From Octopus bimaculoides (Eukaryota): a stretch of DNA of 64,000 nucleotides. The translations under genes and the position numbers were made by a program. Shown here piece by piece: positions 1 through 13,390 of the stretch. The notes below the pieces were generated by a model that did no database searches, was not told the origin of the DNA, and saw only the letters and a list, made by a program, of their open reading frames with translations. Each line of letters opens with the position of its first letter. The first letter of the stretch is position 1. The stretch covers positions 99,117,683 to 99,181,682 of the forward strand of contig NC_068983.1 in assembly GCF_001194135.2 (NCBI RefSeq), written 5' to 3'.

Positions 1-1007
1 ATAATCTTTTACAGATTTGTCCCGAAGTACACCCCAGGTATCGGCTAACATCTGTCTGAGTCCTTACCTTATATTGATAAACTACATTTCTAACTCTCGC
101 ATTAGGGCCTTCAAACTTCAATCTTCTGGGGTTGACCTCTGTTACTGTAATCATATTCCGATTATTATTACTATTATTGCTATTATTATTATTATCATTT
201 ATATCAGGGTTCATATCGCTATCCTCCCCAATTCCTTTTGATTTAAGTATTTTAAAATTATGAGCTGCAATTATTTGGGTTAAGTTCATAGTGTTTGAGA
301 AACCAAACCTAATGCTATGTGTATTAATAATTTTACCATAGTGTGAATTCTTTGGGAAATATCTGCTTTTCACCTCTTCAGGGAAGAGAAGATTACATTC
401 TTATCAACATCACCTATTCCTATGGAAGGTATAATTTGTAACCTTCGAAACATATGTTGGAAATAAAAGTATTCAGTTAACATATGCGTTTTACTCCATT
501 TACTGAATTTATATATTTACTCAAGTACCCAAAATAACAAGGAGTCTCTACCTCATAAACAGGAGTTACACCACAGTCATTTTGTGATCTTTGCTACCCT
601 GGTGGCTGCGAATGAGATAAATTATATGATTTCACAGGCCATACTCTAAGGTACGACAATCAATCTGTGCCGAATGGTGGCTGCTGCTGATTAATCTATG
701 GGCCTCACAAACGGAGTCGTTTTGTTCTCTTTACCAAACAATAGTACTGACTGTCTTAAACAATAGTACTGACGTCACTACAGGTCGACAAATATAAATT
801 TGCCGGAAGAGTTGTCTTCATAGAGAGAGCAACTTCGTCAATCGTTAGTTTTAACCTGATTTCATTTTCATTGTTTCTCTTCCTGTTCTGTCATGTTTAA
901 AGGCCATCAACCTGATACACATGCCTGCGTGTACATATATATGTTACAATCAGGGCTAGATTAAGAACAATAGAGACCCAGATAAATGGTATCCCCAGAT
1001 AAATGTA

Positions 1008-1187
1008 CCGTATTTTAACGTATATAAGGAACCCTCCTATATAAGGAAGCCCCTAATTTTGGAGGTTTAAAATTTGGAAAAACGGTTTTGTAAGGAATTT
1101 TAATACTATCCATGTATAAGAAACTCCCATATTTTTTTAATCTAATTTTTGACAAAAAAAGGATTCCTTATACTCGTTAAAATACGG
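1008..1187. mobile_element. Tc1/mariner-pogo type MITE (180 bp)
   Basis: 23-bp TIR CCGTATTTTAACG..TATAAGGA with 2 mismatches; TA TSD on both sides. Confidence 0.85.
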
Positions 1188-1877
1188 TAATTCAATGAAA
1201 CAAAACTAACAATAAGATGGAAAATGATGTTTATATTTGCATACTTCCACTTTATATTTGAAATGTTTTCTCCCACTTCTTTTAATTGCAAAACCTTTGA
1301 TCTGACCCACACTGTAACATTATGAACACTTCGAAATTATATTTCTAATCATATTAGAGAGGGAATGAGAGCATCAGCTTCACAAAGAGGAGCACAAATA
1401 ATGGTCGTTTACTGAAACACTAAAAAAAAAAACAAGCGATTGGGAAACAAACGCTAACATGCTCACAAACACATACATACATACATACATACATACATAC
1501 ATACATACATACATACATACATACATACATGCATACATACATACACACATATGTATGTATGCAGAAGTAACTGTGTAATAAGAAGCATACGTTCTGAGTT
1601 CAAATTCCGCCGAGGTCAACTTTGCCTTTCATCCTCTCGGGTCGATTAAATAAGTACCAGTTACGCACTGAGGTCGATCTAATCGACTTAATCCCTTTGT
1701 CTGTCCTTGTTTGTCCCCTCTATGTTTAGCCCCTTGTGGGCAATAAAGAAATAAGAAGCGTTCTTCCCAACCACATGGTTCCAGGTTCAGTCCCACTTCG
1801 TAGTACCTAGGGCAAGGGTCTTCTACTGTAGCCGCGGCCCGACCAAAGCCTTGTGAGTGGATCTGGTAGATGGAAAC

Positions 1878-1909
<32 letters not shown>

Positions 1910-4085
1910 GTATGTATGTATGCATGTATGTATGTATGTATGTATATATGTGTTTGTTTGTCACCCCACCATCGCTTGACAATCGTTGTTGGTGTGTTTA
2001 CGTCTCCGTAATGTAGCGGTTCGACAAAGTGACCGATAGAAAAAAATACTAGGCTTACAAAGAATAAGTCCTGCGGTCGATTTGCTCGACTAAAGGCAGT
2101 GCTCTAACATGGCCGCAGTCAAATAGCTGAAACTAGTAAAAGAATATATATATATATATATATANNNNNNNNNNNNNNNNNNNNNNNNNNNNNNNNNNNN
2201 NNNNNNNNNNNNNNNNNNNNNNNNNNNNNNNNNNNNNNNNNNNNNNNNNNNNNNNNNNNNNNNNNNNNNNNNNNNNNNNNNNNNNNNNNNNNNNNNNNNN
2301 NNNNNNNNNNNNNNNNNNNNNNNNNNNNNNNNNNNNNNNNNNNNNNNNNNNNNNNNNNNNNNNNNNNNNNNNNNNNNNNNNNNNNNNNNNNNNNNNNNNN
2401 NNNNNNNNNNNNNNNNNNNNNNNNNNNNNNNNNNNNNNNNNNNNNNNNNNNNNNNNNNNNNNNNNNNNNNNNNNNNNNNNNNTATATATATATATATATA
2501 TATATATTTGTATGTATGTATGTATGTATGTATGTATGTATGTATGTATCAAAATAAGCAACAGGATATCAAGAAGTGATACAGTATGACCGTTTCAAGC
2601 GACTCCATTTAATTGAACAATGCAATCATTACATCAATTTAAATGCAGGGCTGTCCTCAGCTGCATAAATAAATTGAATTTTTTATCAATTGGACACATT
2701 AATATAATTTTACTCAAATTCTCTAATAGAGTAAGAAGAGGGAAAAGTCCATGTTGCTACTAATATAGTACAGAATATGCTACACTTTTAAGAACTGTAT
2801 GAAGTTTGTTAGGGTCATAGATTGTAAAGGATTGTGGTTTATTGGATAGACGGAGTGAATTGACAGTTTATAGTTGGGTATCGTCATAAATATTGTCAGG
2901 ATTTTAGGAAATGTATAAGTAATTGTCTATAAGGGACGCTGGGTAGGGGACGACACTAAATCAAGATGTTAATTACCATTTAAAGGGGCAAGACGCAAAT
3001 AAAACCTAAGATGTTAATACAAAGGAAATTATCATGGGGTACAATGGATGATTGTATATAAACAATATCGTTATGTTACATGAAGATAAAATTTAAGATT
3101 ACTAAAAATATTATAACCAGAATAGATAAACTATGTATATATACCAATTTTCAACATAAGGAAGGGAAGATTACATAGAATTAAATATATCAACCACTAC
3201 TTCACACAGTTTCCGTCTAATGTATTCATTCATAAGGCTATATCGGCCCAGGGTGCCGTGCAGTGGGACAGAACCCGAAGTGATGGGCTTCTTAACCACA
3301 CAGCCTGCCCTTATCTAAAGAGAACAAGCGATGGGGAAACAAACACTAATACGCTCACAAACAAATATATATATATATATATATATANNNNNNNNNNNNN
3401 NNNNNNNNNNNNNNNNNNNNNNNNNNNNNNNNNNNNNNNNNNNNNNNNNNNNNNNNNNNNNNNNNNNNNNNNNNNNNNNNNNNNNNNNNNNNNNNNNNNN
3501 NNNNNNNNNNNNNNNNNNNNNNNNNNNNNNNNNNNNNNNNNNNNNNNNNNNNNNNNNNNNNNNNNNNNNNNNNNNNNNNNNNNNNNNNNNNNNNNNNNNN
3601 NNNNNNNNNNNNNNNNNNNNNNNNNNNNNNNNNNNNNNNNNNNNNNNNNNNNNNNNNNNNNNNNNNNNNNNNNNNNNNNNNNNNNNNNNNNNNNNNNNNN
3701 NNNNNNNNNNNNNNNNNNNNNNNNNNNNNNNNNNNNNNNNNNNNNNNNNNNNNNNNNNNNNNNNNNNNNNNNNNNNNNNNNNNNNNNNNNNNNNNNNNNN
3801 NNNNNNNNNNNNNNNNNNNNNNNNNNNNNNNNNNNNNNNNNNNNNNNNNNNNNNNNNNNNNNNNNNNNNNNNNNNNNNNNNNNNNNNNNNNNNNNNNNNN
3901 NNNNNNNNNNNNNNNNNNNNNNNNNNNNNNNNNNNNNNNNNNNNNNNNNNNNNNNNNNNNNNNNNNNNNNNNNNNNNNNNNNNNNNNNNNNNNNNNNNNN
4001 NNNNNNNNNNNNNNNNNNNNNNNNNNNNNNNNNNNNNNNNNNNNNNNNNNNNNNNNNNNNNNNNNNNNNNNNNNNNNNNNNNNNN

Positions 4086-4126
<41 letters not shown>

Positions 4127-4545
4127 ATATATAAAGAGAGAGGGGGACGGAGGAAGAGTATTACCTTCACGAAGTGGGGCACAAATAATGTTCATTCTAT
4201 TATGTATATTCTCCGCGAGATATTGTGACCACGCATATATTACATCTATTTTTGGTTGTTTCACTTGTTCTATTGCGTCTCGTTTCTTTTATGAAATACC
4301 TAACATTATACTAGGATAAATGTGCAATCTACGATTATGACACATCCCTTCTTCCACTGATTGTGTATGAAAGTTTGGAGTTTCGAAGTTTGCTGTCTAA
4401 CATCATATTTGTACTAACAGATTAAACTCCTTCGTGTATCCTTAGCTGTTTAACTGCGCGAGCACATACACACACACACATGCATAAGTACATATATATA
4501 CAGGATGCGTCAGCTGCTTGAGAACAGAATTTTCATCTAAGGCAG

Positions 4546-4956
4546 CGGTTCTCAACCAGGGTCCAGATAAGATATTGGGGGGGGGGGGGTCCACGCAACA
4601 AAATAGTAAATTGGGGATACACAATAGCATTTTAAGGGTCCCTGAAAACATTTTGCTTTTGATTGGCATGTATTGCACGAAGCACATAGGTTTTTTTCTC
4701 TAATGTTTTACATAATGCAACCTACACAAATTAATGCGTGAAGAAAAAAAATAGATATTTTGAAAGAAGTTTCTATAAAACTAGTTTTTAAACATAGAAA
4801 GGCCTTAGAAAACATAGATGAGAAAGACATCAGTAGTATATCCTTATACGATGAATGGCGGTTTGGTTGCGTAGGCAAAGTCGAGAAGGAGAAAAAGGAA
4901 TACGTATCCACAGGTCAGAAATTCGTCCGAGGGCCACCGTTTTAGAAGGAATTGTG
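4546..4956. mobile_element. hAT-type MITE, degenerate right end
   Basis: Left TIR CAGCGGTTCTCAACC; flanks ATCTAAGG / ATCTAGAA resemble the hAT NTCTAGAN target. Confidence 0.5.
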
Positions 4957-4969
4957 ATCTAGAACGTTG

Positions 4970-5400
4970 TGGTAACCATTTTAGCTGGTGGTGCGTCGGA
5001 GTCACCATTTTAGATTGTCATCCGTGTTCCACGTCGGGGTCACCATTTTAGATGGTGATGTTCTCAGGTTGTGAAGCCATCTAATGACTCTGTTCAGAAG
5101 GCTATCATATCATTCGATAAAGAAACACGGTACAATGAATTCATAGAACAAAGCTGCAACTTTAAATACCTTTACTCGAGGTCTCAAATATATACAAATT
5201 GAATAATAATAATGAATGGAGGCCATGTTCATCTTCTGTGTATTATATCATGTCTGCTAGCTGCCGCGTGTATCTAGTACCAGAGCTGGCGAGGTCATGT
5301 CTTTAAGCTCCGGCGTCTCGATGCGAACGAAGTAGTGTGCTAGGGCTTAGTGTCCGAACCTTAGTGTTGCTTGCGCTTCTAGTGGCGAGCTATTTTAAAC
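4970..5400 (-). mobile_element. Remnant LTR plus tRNA-Trp PBS of another Gypsy-type family
   Basis: 16-nt perfect TGGTGACCCCGACGTG (reverse complement of 5030-5045) downstream of a CpG-rich LTR-like block; two further degenerate PBS copies follow. Confidence 0.55.
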
Positions 5401-6479
5401 AGCAGCAATCAAGGGAGGTAACTGCGCCTATATGGTCGTCCGATCTTTTAGAAATAAAAGCCAAATCTCCCTCAAATTACGTTCTACTGACTTAAATAAA
5501 ACAAAATGTTTGTTTATTTCTAGGTATAAAATGCAAAAATGAAAGAAGAAAGAAAGAAAGAATTGACGAAACTACGGGTCAAAACACAAAGGAGGAACAC
5601 ATGAATAATTTGTGATATGGCTAAATGGAGCAATATTGGGGAATGTAATATACTAACTGGGCTTACCTGAATTACTGAAACGAAACAGAAAATATTTCAA
5701 ATTAGGTTAACATTATGGAAACTACAGAATTTCTGATGTTCAAAGTATAGAAGTCTGAAGAGAGTTTAAGGAAAAAAAAAAGGTTGAGAGGTACCTGATT
5801 TACCTACTTTTTAAACATCCGCTTATTCTTTTAGGTCATTTAAGAAAGCCAACTTAATGTATATGCAGTGGTGATTCAAAAAACGAACCGCTAGGTAACC
5901 GGTCAGAAAGCACGACCGAACCACAACAGTTTCACGTGATCTGTCTATTAAGCAACCAATCAGCGTGAAGCCGTCGCGTGAATCAATCTTCTAGAATCTT
6001 CTTTTTTGAACCCTATAAAAGGCCGCTTTTGACGATAATTAATTGCAGAATATTGAGGCAACTGAGCAATATGTGTTTCCATTCTGACGGGCCCAGTCAG
6101 ACAACCCAAGATGACGGCTAACACAGATGGCACAGATACATGACCAGGAGCCTCCTTCTCAACGAAGATAGCGCAATTGTGTTCAGATTTGTTGGGCAAG
6201 CCGCATGTTGCCGTACCAATAGCCTATAAACTCGGAGCAATATCTCTCTCCCAGTATGTAACTATTGTTGTTGTTAACTGTAAAAGGCCAACGTAGTTTG
6301 TCTTTATGTGCGATAACAATTTTTTCTGTTAAATATTCGCAGCCCAAGAAACAAATTTTCATTCACCAACTCAACATTTACAAGTCTTAAACCTCCTACA
6401 TATATATATTACCTGTTCTTGCTGGCCTTAATTTTAATTACGCCACTTGCCTCTATTCTTACCAAATCAATCCCTCTAC

Positions 6480-6657
6480 CAGGCCCATCGCCAGACTTTG
6501 GTGCCTGGGGGTGCTTCAAAATATTCTGGGTGGGCACTAATTTGTAATAATGCTAAAGTTTAGTTTCAAAATAAGTGTATCATTGTTCATCAGAGAGTGC
6601 ACCATTGAATAGTAAGGGAGCGGTGCCGTCCAGTGAACCCCCTTAGCGACGGGCATG
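6480..6657. mobile_element. Small MITE
   Basis: Imperfect TIRs CAGGCCCATCGCCAG / TTAGCGACGGGCATG. Confidence 0.5.
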
Positions 6658-7549
6658 CCCTCAGCTTCAGTTTTAGACCCAATAGGTTCACTTTTTAGCG
6701 AAAGGCCGAAGTGACAAATACTCATGCTAAATAAACTACTAATCTTTCGAAAGTTACATCAGCTGATTTTTCCGACGCGGACCATCACCACTTACCTCGA
6801 ATTCCATATACTATCCAAACTAGATATTGTATTTTAGTGAAACTATTTTATTTCCAAATTTGGAATTTGTTTCAAAGCATCTGTGATTGAAATATCTTTT
6901 TTGAACAATGAACCGATTGTTAACATTTAAGCTTTGAAAATTTTTACTAGTTCAACACTGCATGCACATGCGCGCACATATACTTTTGAGTTAAAGAGTA
7001 GAAAAAAAATTATAAATGCAAAGGTAATCCAACATAGGGATTAATAGTTTCAACCATTTCACTGACGAATTAAAGAGGGTGTCTTAACGCGGTCGTTCGA
7101 TTTGCTGAACATAGCGACCAAGTCTACTTCAAATCACATTCTGCGTTATAATCTTAGATGCATTGTGCTTGAAAATGATGAGATGGTTGTGACTAAAATA
7201 TTTTTGGACGGGAATAACCTAGAGTTAATCAACTACGGCTATTTCAAATAAATAGAAACATTAAGAACAAAATACTTTACGTGCTACCAAACGTCCAAAA
7301 CATTTGCACACACAGGCATATATTTATATGTCTGTGTCTGGCTACAACACTTACGACATCATAACGTCCCTTCAATAGGGAATAGTAAGATATCTAGAGC
7401 TAGAGCATGTAGCCTCAATACCTCACTCATGGATCGATAGAATAGCATCAGTTAAATTCAAAGAAATTACTATTAGCACGAATGAATTAAATGTTTTAAA
7501 CTTCCACACTCATTATCGACTGGTATTTATGTCACAGCTGAGGAGTATC

Positions 7550-7704
7550 TTCTCTCTCTCACCCTCTCTCTCTCTCTCTCACCCTCTCTCTCTCTCTCTC
7601 TCTCAAACACTCTACTTCACACACACACAAACACACACACACACACACACACANNNNNNNNNNACACACACACACACACACACATACATACATACATACA
7701 TACA

Positions 7705-7785
<81 letters not shown>
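7550..7785. repeat. Compound microsatellite (CT)n(CA)n(CATA)n(TG)n
   Basis: Directly visible. Similar tracts at ~1470-1560, 1880-1955, 2145-2550, 10348-10490, 10685-10742, 32886-32929, 34705-34753, 48145-48200, 53122-53305. Confidence 0.97.
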
Positions 7786-7786
<1 letters not shown>

Positions 7787-8857
7787 GACATAGAGAATAA
7801 TGTTTAATAGGAGCAACTGATTTTTCAGAAGATATATAGTCCACTTAATCTCTTTGAAAGGAGAAATTTAAGTAGTGATTTTTTTTCTCTCCTTTTCCCA
7901 ATCGAACATCGTAGATACTTCATATATGCACTTGAGTATTGCCTTCACATCAAGATCCAACCTGTAAATCCAATATCCACGACGCAGTTCGTCATATATT
8001 TCTACACGCTATAACGCATACAGCAACCTATATAATATTCGCTTTGCTTAGTTCTTTCTGTGCTAGCTATGTTATAATTTCAAACATGTTTCAAAAATGC
8101 ATTTTCTCCAAGCGGTCGCAGTTGTTACAAGGAACATTATAATTTCTTCCTGATGTTTAGCGGGATTAAGGCGGTGAGCTGGTAGAATCGTTAGCACGCC
8201 GGGTGAAATGCTTAGCGCATTTCATCTGTCTCCACGTTCTGAGTTCAAATTCCGCCGAGATTGATTTTGCCTTTCATCCCTTCGGGATCGAGGAAATAAC
8301 TATCAGTTGAGCACTGGTGTCTATGTAGTTGAGTTAACTCCTCCCCCACGAAATTACTGGCCTAGTGTCAAAGTTTGAATCCAATATTTAGCGGGATTAA
8401 AATTTTGAATTTGAAATTAAGGAATTATAAGGAAAAGATACGTAGAATTTACGTACTTATTATTTTTTGCTTATCTATTACGAAGTTTTAAACATTTTTA
8501 GTCGGTAGCAATCATATGTAGTATTATGTCATTCTTTTTAGAAACCCTTAGCTTCACTTATTAATTAAACATTTTAAGTGAGACATTTCAGTACAGATAG
8601 AGATAATTACAGTCTAGAGGAAATTCATAGAAAGCATTTTCTTCTTCATGGCGCGTTAGTGGTTTAGCATTCGAGAGAAAAGAGGTAGAAGTACTTAGTA
8701 TTTATGCATAAGGTAATAAGTTTCCAGAGAATTCTACCTTGTGAGGATGTCTTAAGTTAACCAATTTCAGTTTTAACCAAAAACAAATTCACAAATTATT
8801 TTCAGCTATATAATGTTTAAGATATAATATTTCAAGTAGCTATTTCATAGATGTAGA

Positions 8858-9068
8858 CCACGCCACCGATGTTATCCAAGGGAAAAGCAAAGGCCGCTAC
8901 AGCTTGGCACCTGTGACGTCACAACTCATTTCTACAGCTGAGTGAACTGGAGCAATGTGAAATAAAGTGTCTTGCTCAAGAACATAACACACAGCCAGGT
9001 CCGGAAATAGAACTCACTACCTCATGAGTGTGAGCCTGACGCTCTAACCACTGAGCCATGTGCCTTCA
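8858..9068 (-). mobile_element. SINE family C, 5' part, inverted relative to the 9513 copy
   Basis: Reverse complement of ~9513-9720. Confidence 0.85.
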
Positions 9069-9512
9069 CTCTACTACCCGCTGGATCCACAAGGCGAATA
9101 AGTTTTGGGACCCCAACGATTCTGCTAATTCAAGACATAATAAAGAGTGCCTCATTAAATCTAGAGGACCTAATCAGTTTGAAGATACCCCAAAACTTAA
9201 AAGAGTTTCAGTAGAATCAGAGGAACTCAGTTAAATTTAATGGCTTTATAAATCGAAAGAGACTCGATAAATCAAAAGAGGGCACAATAATTTTAAAAGA
9301 ACTCTTTTGAATTACAAACTTAAACAAGTGAAAAAGAAATACCAAATATTTATTTGATTGATGTAAATATATATTTTTTAATTTTTTAAATCCAAGCTTC
9401 AGATATTTCTCTGTGTTAAAGTGGACCCTAAAGCTTGGGGCCCCTTAGGTCATGATCCATAATGGCCCACACATAAATCTGACCCGAGTATAATCCTACG
9501 TTATGTAGTAGA

Positions 9513-9860
9513 GTGAAGGCGCAGGCTCAGTGGTTAGAGCGTCAGGCTCACACTCATGAGGTAGTGAATTCTATTCCCGGACCTGGCTGTGTGTTACGTT
9601 CTTGTGCAAGACACTTTATTTTACATTGCTCCAGTTCACTTAGCTGTAGAAATGAGTTGCGACGTCACAGGTGCCAAGCTGTATCGGCCTTTGCTTTTCC
9701 CTTGGATAACATCGGTGGCGTGGAGAGGGGATGATGGTATGCATGGGCGACTGCTGGTCTTCCATAAAAAACCTTGCCCGGACTTGAGCCTCGGAGGGTA
9801 ACTTCCTAGGTCATGGTCATTCATGACCGAAGGGGGTCTTTACCTTTTACACTTTACCAT
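9513..9860 (+). mobile_element. Full-length tRNA-derived SINE (family C)
   Basis: A-box/B-box-like head (GGCTCAGTGGTTAGAGC...); exact 12-bp TSD TTATGTAGTAGA (9501-9512 and 9861-9872). Other copies at 8858-9068 (-), ~45594-45930 (+), ~49180-49355 (-). Confidence 0.88.
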
Positions 9861-10342
9861 TTATGTAGTAGAACAAGTATCTATTTGTTAGCATAACGCC
9901 TTGGCAGCTGCCTAATTCTGTTCATTCCTTTGAAATATTTAAACCTCGAAATAGGTTAGGAAATGATCAAATGCAATACAAAGCTTTAACGAATTGAAAC
10001 GTTTCTCTGCATAAGGGAAGCCACAATACAGCAATTTTCAGCTATTAACTTCATAGACAAACCATTGTGGAGAGCCAACACAGGAGCCTCTATGTACTCG
10101 CTCAACCTGAAATAAATAGCAGCCAAATATTCCTCAACTTACACCCCTGCCGTCTCAAAAAAAGAAAGGGCACATTGGATAACGTTGTCCTAGATACATA
10201 ATGTCTATGAAAAAGACGAGATAGCATAGATGAGACAAACCCCTATGATCATAAATCTGATCAGTTGAGTCTGACCTGGGCTTAAGCACTAAAAATGAGC
10301 CACCTTAAAATAAAAGGCTCTGTTTCTTTTCAATTGCCAAAG

Positions 10343-10386
<44 letters not shown>

Positions 10387-10703
10387 TGCGTGCGTGCGTG
10401 CATNNNNNNNNNNNNNNNNNNNNNNNNNNNNNNNNNNNNNNNNNNNNNNNNNTGCGTGCGTGCGTGCGTGCGTGCGTGCGTGTGTGCGTGTAGTTCAAAT
10501 TAACAGAAAACAAAAGACGAAGACAGATGATGAAACAACAAACAGGTGTATTAGTTTAATGCTCGGGAAGAATAGAAATGTCTTTAACGTTTCGACAGAA
10601 AGGGTTGAGAGAAAAAAAAGAAAAGAAAGAAGAGAGAAAAAGAATGTGTGGGGATTAACGGGTCAACATTATGTTATTTATTATCATTATAATAATAATA
10701 ATA

Positions 10704-10743
<40 letters not shown>

Positions 10744-10839
10744 GTTTGTCTTTTGCTTTGTGTTTGTACAAGTTGACTCCAAGTCTCACCTAGAGACCTC
10801 AAGAGACAACAAGTTAGAAGTTCAAGTTGGTGTTATAAC

Positions 10840-11349
10840 TAGGGTGCCATATATATGGTTTTGCGCCTGCGAGCCCGTTTTATTGTGCTCGCAGGCTGAT
10901 ATACTCATATGTACAAAATATAGTAATTTTTCAATCATAAAAATTTATACAATATTCGTATGCCTATTTGCGATATAGGTCGCGTTTCCACTACGACTTA
11001 AAATAGTCAGAAATCGTCTGGTAATTACCATTTGAATGGAAATTTTGTTTTCATTATAAAACACATATTGCTAAGTTTGTACCACCCACTTGAGACCTAA
11101 CTACACTTTAGCTGAAAAATATAGAATACCTCATAAGTAATATAAACATCCTAAATTCAGTGGTAACGTTAATGAAGATGTTATGCGTTAATTTAATGTG
11201 TTAAACCTATCTTTATTAATGTATATCAAATTATACATAGATATATACAAGATTTACACAGATATAAGAGTTAGAACCTGTGATCCGCCCGCAGACCTTT
11301 TTCTTAGAAAATTTTTGCCCGCCGCACTAAAAAGTTTCCCCACACCTGT
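10840..11349. mobile_element. hAT (Charlie-like) non-autonomous element
   Basis: Right TIR reads CAGGTGTGGGAAACTTTTT in reverse complement, followed by TTCTAGAA; GCCTGCGAGC/GCTCGCAGGC palindrome near the left; left boundary uncertain. Confidence 0.5.
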
Positions 11350-11499
11350 TCTAGAAATTGTCTGTCAAAGCATAAGCAAATTAGAAGTTTGTTTTAAAAG
11401 TAATTGATTATAAGATAATAATGTTAAGACGACAGTAAAATGTGTTTACTGTAAAGTACATTTAAAAGTATTTTGACACGGTTTATGGATTGAAATATT

Positions 11500-13200
11500 T
11501 GGGGGATTATATAGGCAAATTTTTATGTAGGATATGGGCAGTTCCCATGAGCAGTATTTTTCAAATCTCTACCATTTTGGGATTTCCTGGTATCTGAGCT
11601 AGGTGGCAATCTGCCCCTTTTGCTATCATTCCTAGGGCACCTATGACATCAAGTATTGTTTTCGTCTTGAGGTTCCACATTTTGCCAATTTCCATTTCAA
11701 GATCTATATACTTGCTCAGTTTTTAGTAGGTCTTAACAGATACGTTTATATCGATTGGGACAGTCATAACAATGAGGAGGCATGATTTTTGTCTGAAACC
11801 CTTCACTATAACGTATAGCCTATTTTCATCTGATGTTCCAAAGAAGTGAGATGTGGTCATTTTCAAGCACTGGCGATGATTTGTGTTCCCACCAGTTTTC
11901 ATCATGGGGCAGGTCCAAGTCTTTGCAAATTACCCACTTAATATATTGCGCTGCTATATCATGCATGTTGAGATACTCTGTAGGCGGAAGAAGACTATAC
12001 ATGGAGACAACATGATCGATGGTTTGTTTCATTTTGTTGTTTACGTACACATGTTGGGCTACTACCGTTCCTTAAGGTGTTGGACTGGTAGCTACTTGTA
12101 CGTAGGCATTGATCTTGGGCTGCTATAATAAACCCTTCTGTCTCTGATTTTAAGCCAGAAGACACTGACCATTGATGGGTAAGGGCTTTGTCAACATCTG
12201 CATTATTAGCTTCCTTTGGGTATTTGCCATTAAAAGGTTTTTCTTGCCATTTATCAGTAAGATTATCTAAGACAGCAGTTTTAGCACGGGTTTTCATACG
12301 CTTAGCTTTTTCTGTGCTTGTTTCCAGTACGTCTAATTCTGGGATTTGTTGTATTTGGAATTCATTTAAATATTTCTTTGCCTGTTTTGTTACTGAGTAT
12401 GATGTTTTCTTATTTTCATGCTTTAAGACAAGTTTTAACATCCAGTCATCAGAGTTTTTCAGATAGATATTTAGGCCAATTGTGGCAATCTTCATTGTTA
12501 ATTCCAGTTGTAAAAGTCCATGGCCTCCCTCTTTTCTTGGCAGGTAAAGTCGTTCTATATCTGCTTTAGGGTGGTGCATTTTATTCGTTGTCAATAATTT
12601 TCGTATTTTTCTGTCAAGATTACAGATTGCAGTAATTGACCAGTTAATAATATTGAAACTGTAATTCACGACTGGTGTAGCTAAAGTATTGATCGCTTCG
12701 ATCCTGTTTCTTGAGTTCAGCTCTGTCTCGAGTATGGCCCTTACCCTGCGATAACGTTCTTTCCTGATTTTTTTCCCTCATCATTGAATGTTTGATTCCA
12801 TCACCTTCAAATACCCCTAAGTATTTGTAGCTCTCCGCTGGTTCTAGCACCTTTACTACATTTTGTTGCTCAAGATTAACGTTGGATGTTTCTAACATTC
12901 TTCTTCTGATAAAGGTAGCTTTTACACATTTAACGAGACCAAATTCCATCCTGATGTCATCTGAACTGTTTAACAATTGCTAGTAAGCCCTGTAGTTGTT
13001 GGACATCTTTTGCAAATAGCTTTAAATCATCCATGTAAAAGAGATGATCTATATTTTTATCACAAATTTTTATAGCCATATTGTACATCATCGAGCAATT
13101 TCGAAAGAAGTATTAAGGCTAGACAGAACAGGAGTGGTGATAGGGAGTCACCTTGAAAAATTCCACTGTTCAAAGTTAGTGCGGTTTTCCATGATCGCAT
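11500..13200 (-). mobile_element. 5'-truncated R4/Dong-clade non-LTR retrotransposon (RT C-terminus, zinc-knuckle region, REL endonuclease), disrupted
   Basis: YKYLGV; HHPKADIERLYLPRKEGGHGL; ETEGFIIAAQDQ; HDIAAQYIKW; CLLIVMTVP..KLSKYIDLEMEIGKMW..VIGALG. Confidence 0.88.
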
Positions 13201-13224
13201 ACTTACAGATAAGAAGTTTCGCAG

Positions 13225-13390
<166 letters not shown>

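Noticed and set aside
68-144. Minus-strand exon-like frame (TEVNPRRLKFEGPNARVRNVVYQYK) with a GTAAGG donor
   Set aside because: The acceptor lacks a polypyrimidine tract (preceded by AAT repeats), I recognise no protein, and no partner exons are visible.
1380-1619. ORFs with YVCM/HTHT/CVCV/YIYI/poly-M/T/I repeats (also ~7.5, 10.3, 13.2, 32.9, 53.0 kb)
   Set aside because: They are translations of microsatellites with no coding evidence.
2133-4319. Long ORFs full of X (also 28927-29829, 30427-31665, 51363-52012)
   Set aside because: They are artefacts of translating through N gaps.
9513-9590. tRNA-like heads (also 45594, 8169, 59055) as tRNA genes
   Set aside because: They run directly into multi-copy SINE bodies, one with a TSD, and I could not fold a complete cloverleaf.
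10865-10896. Perfect 10-bp GC-rich hairpin as a Helitron end or terminator
   Set aside because: There is no CTRR end just downstream; it is better explained as the subterminal palindrome of a Charlie-like hAT element.
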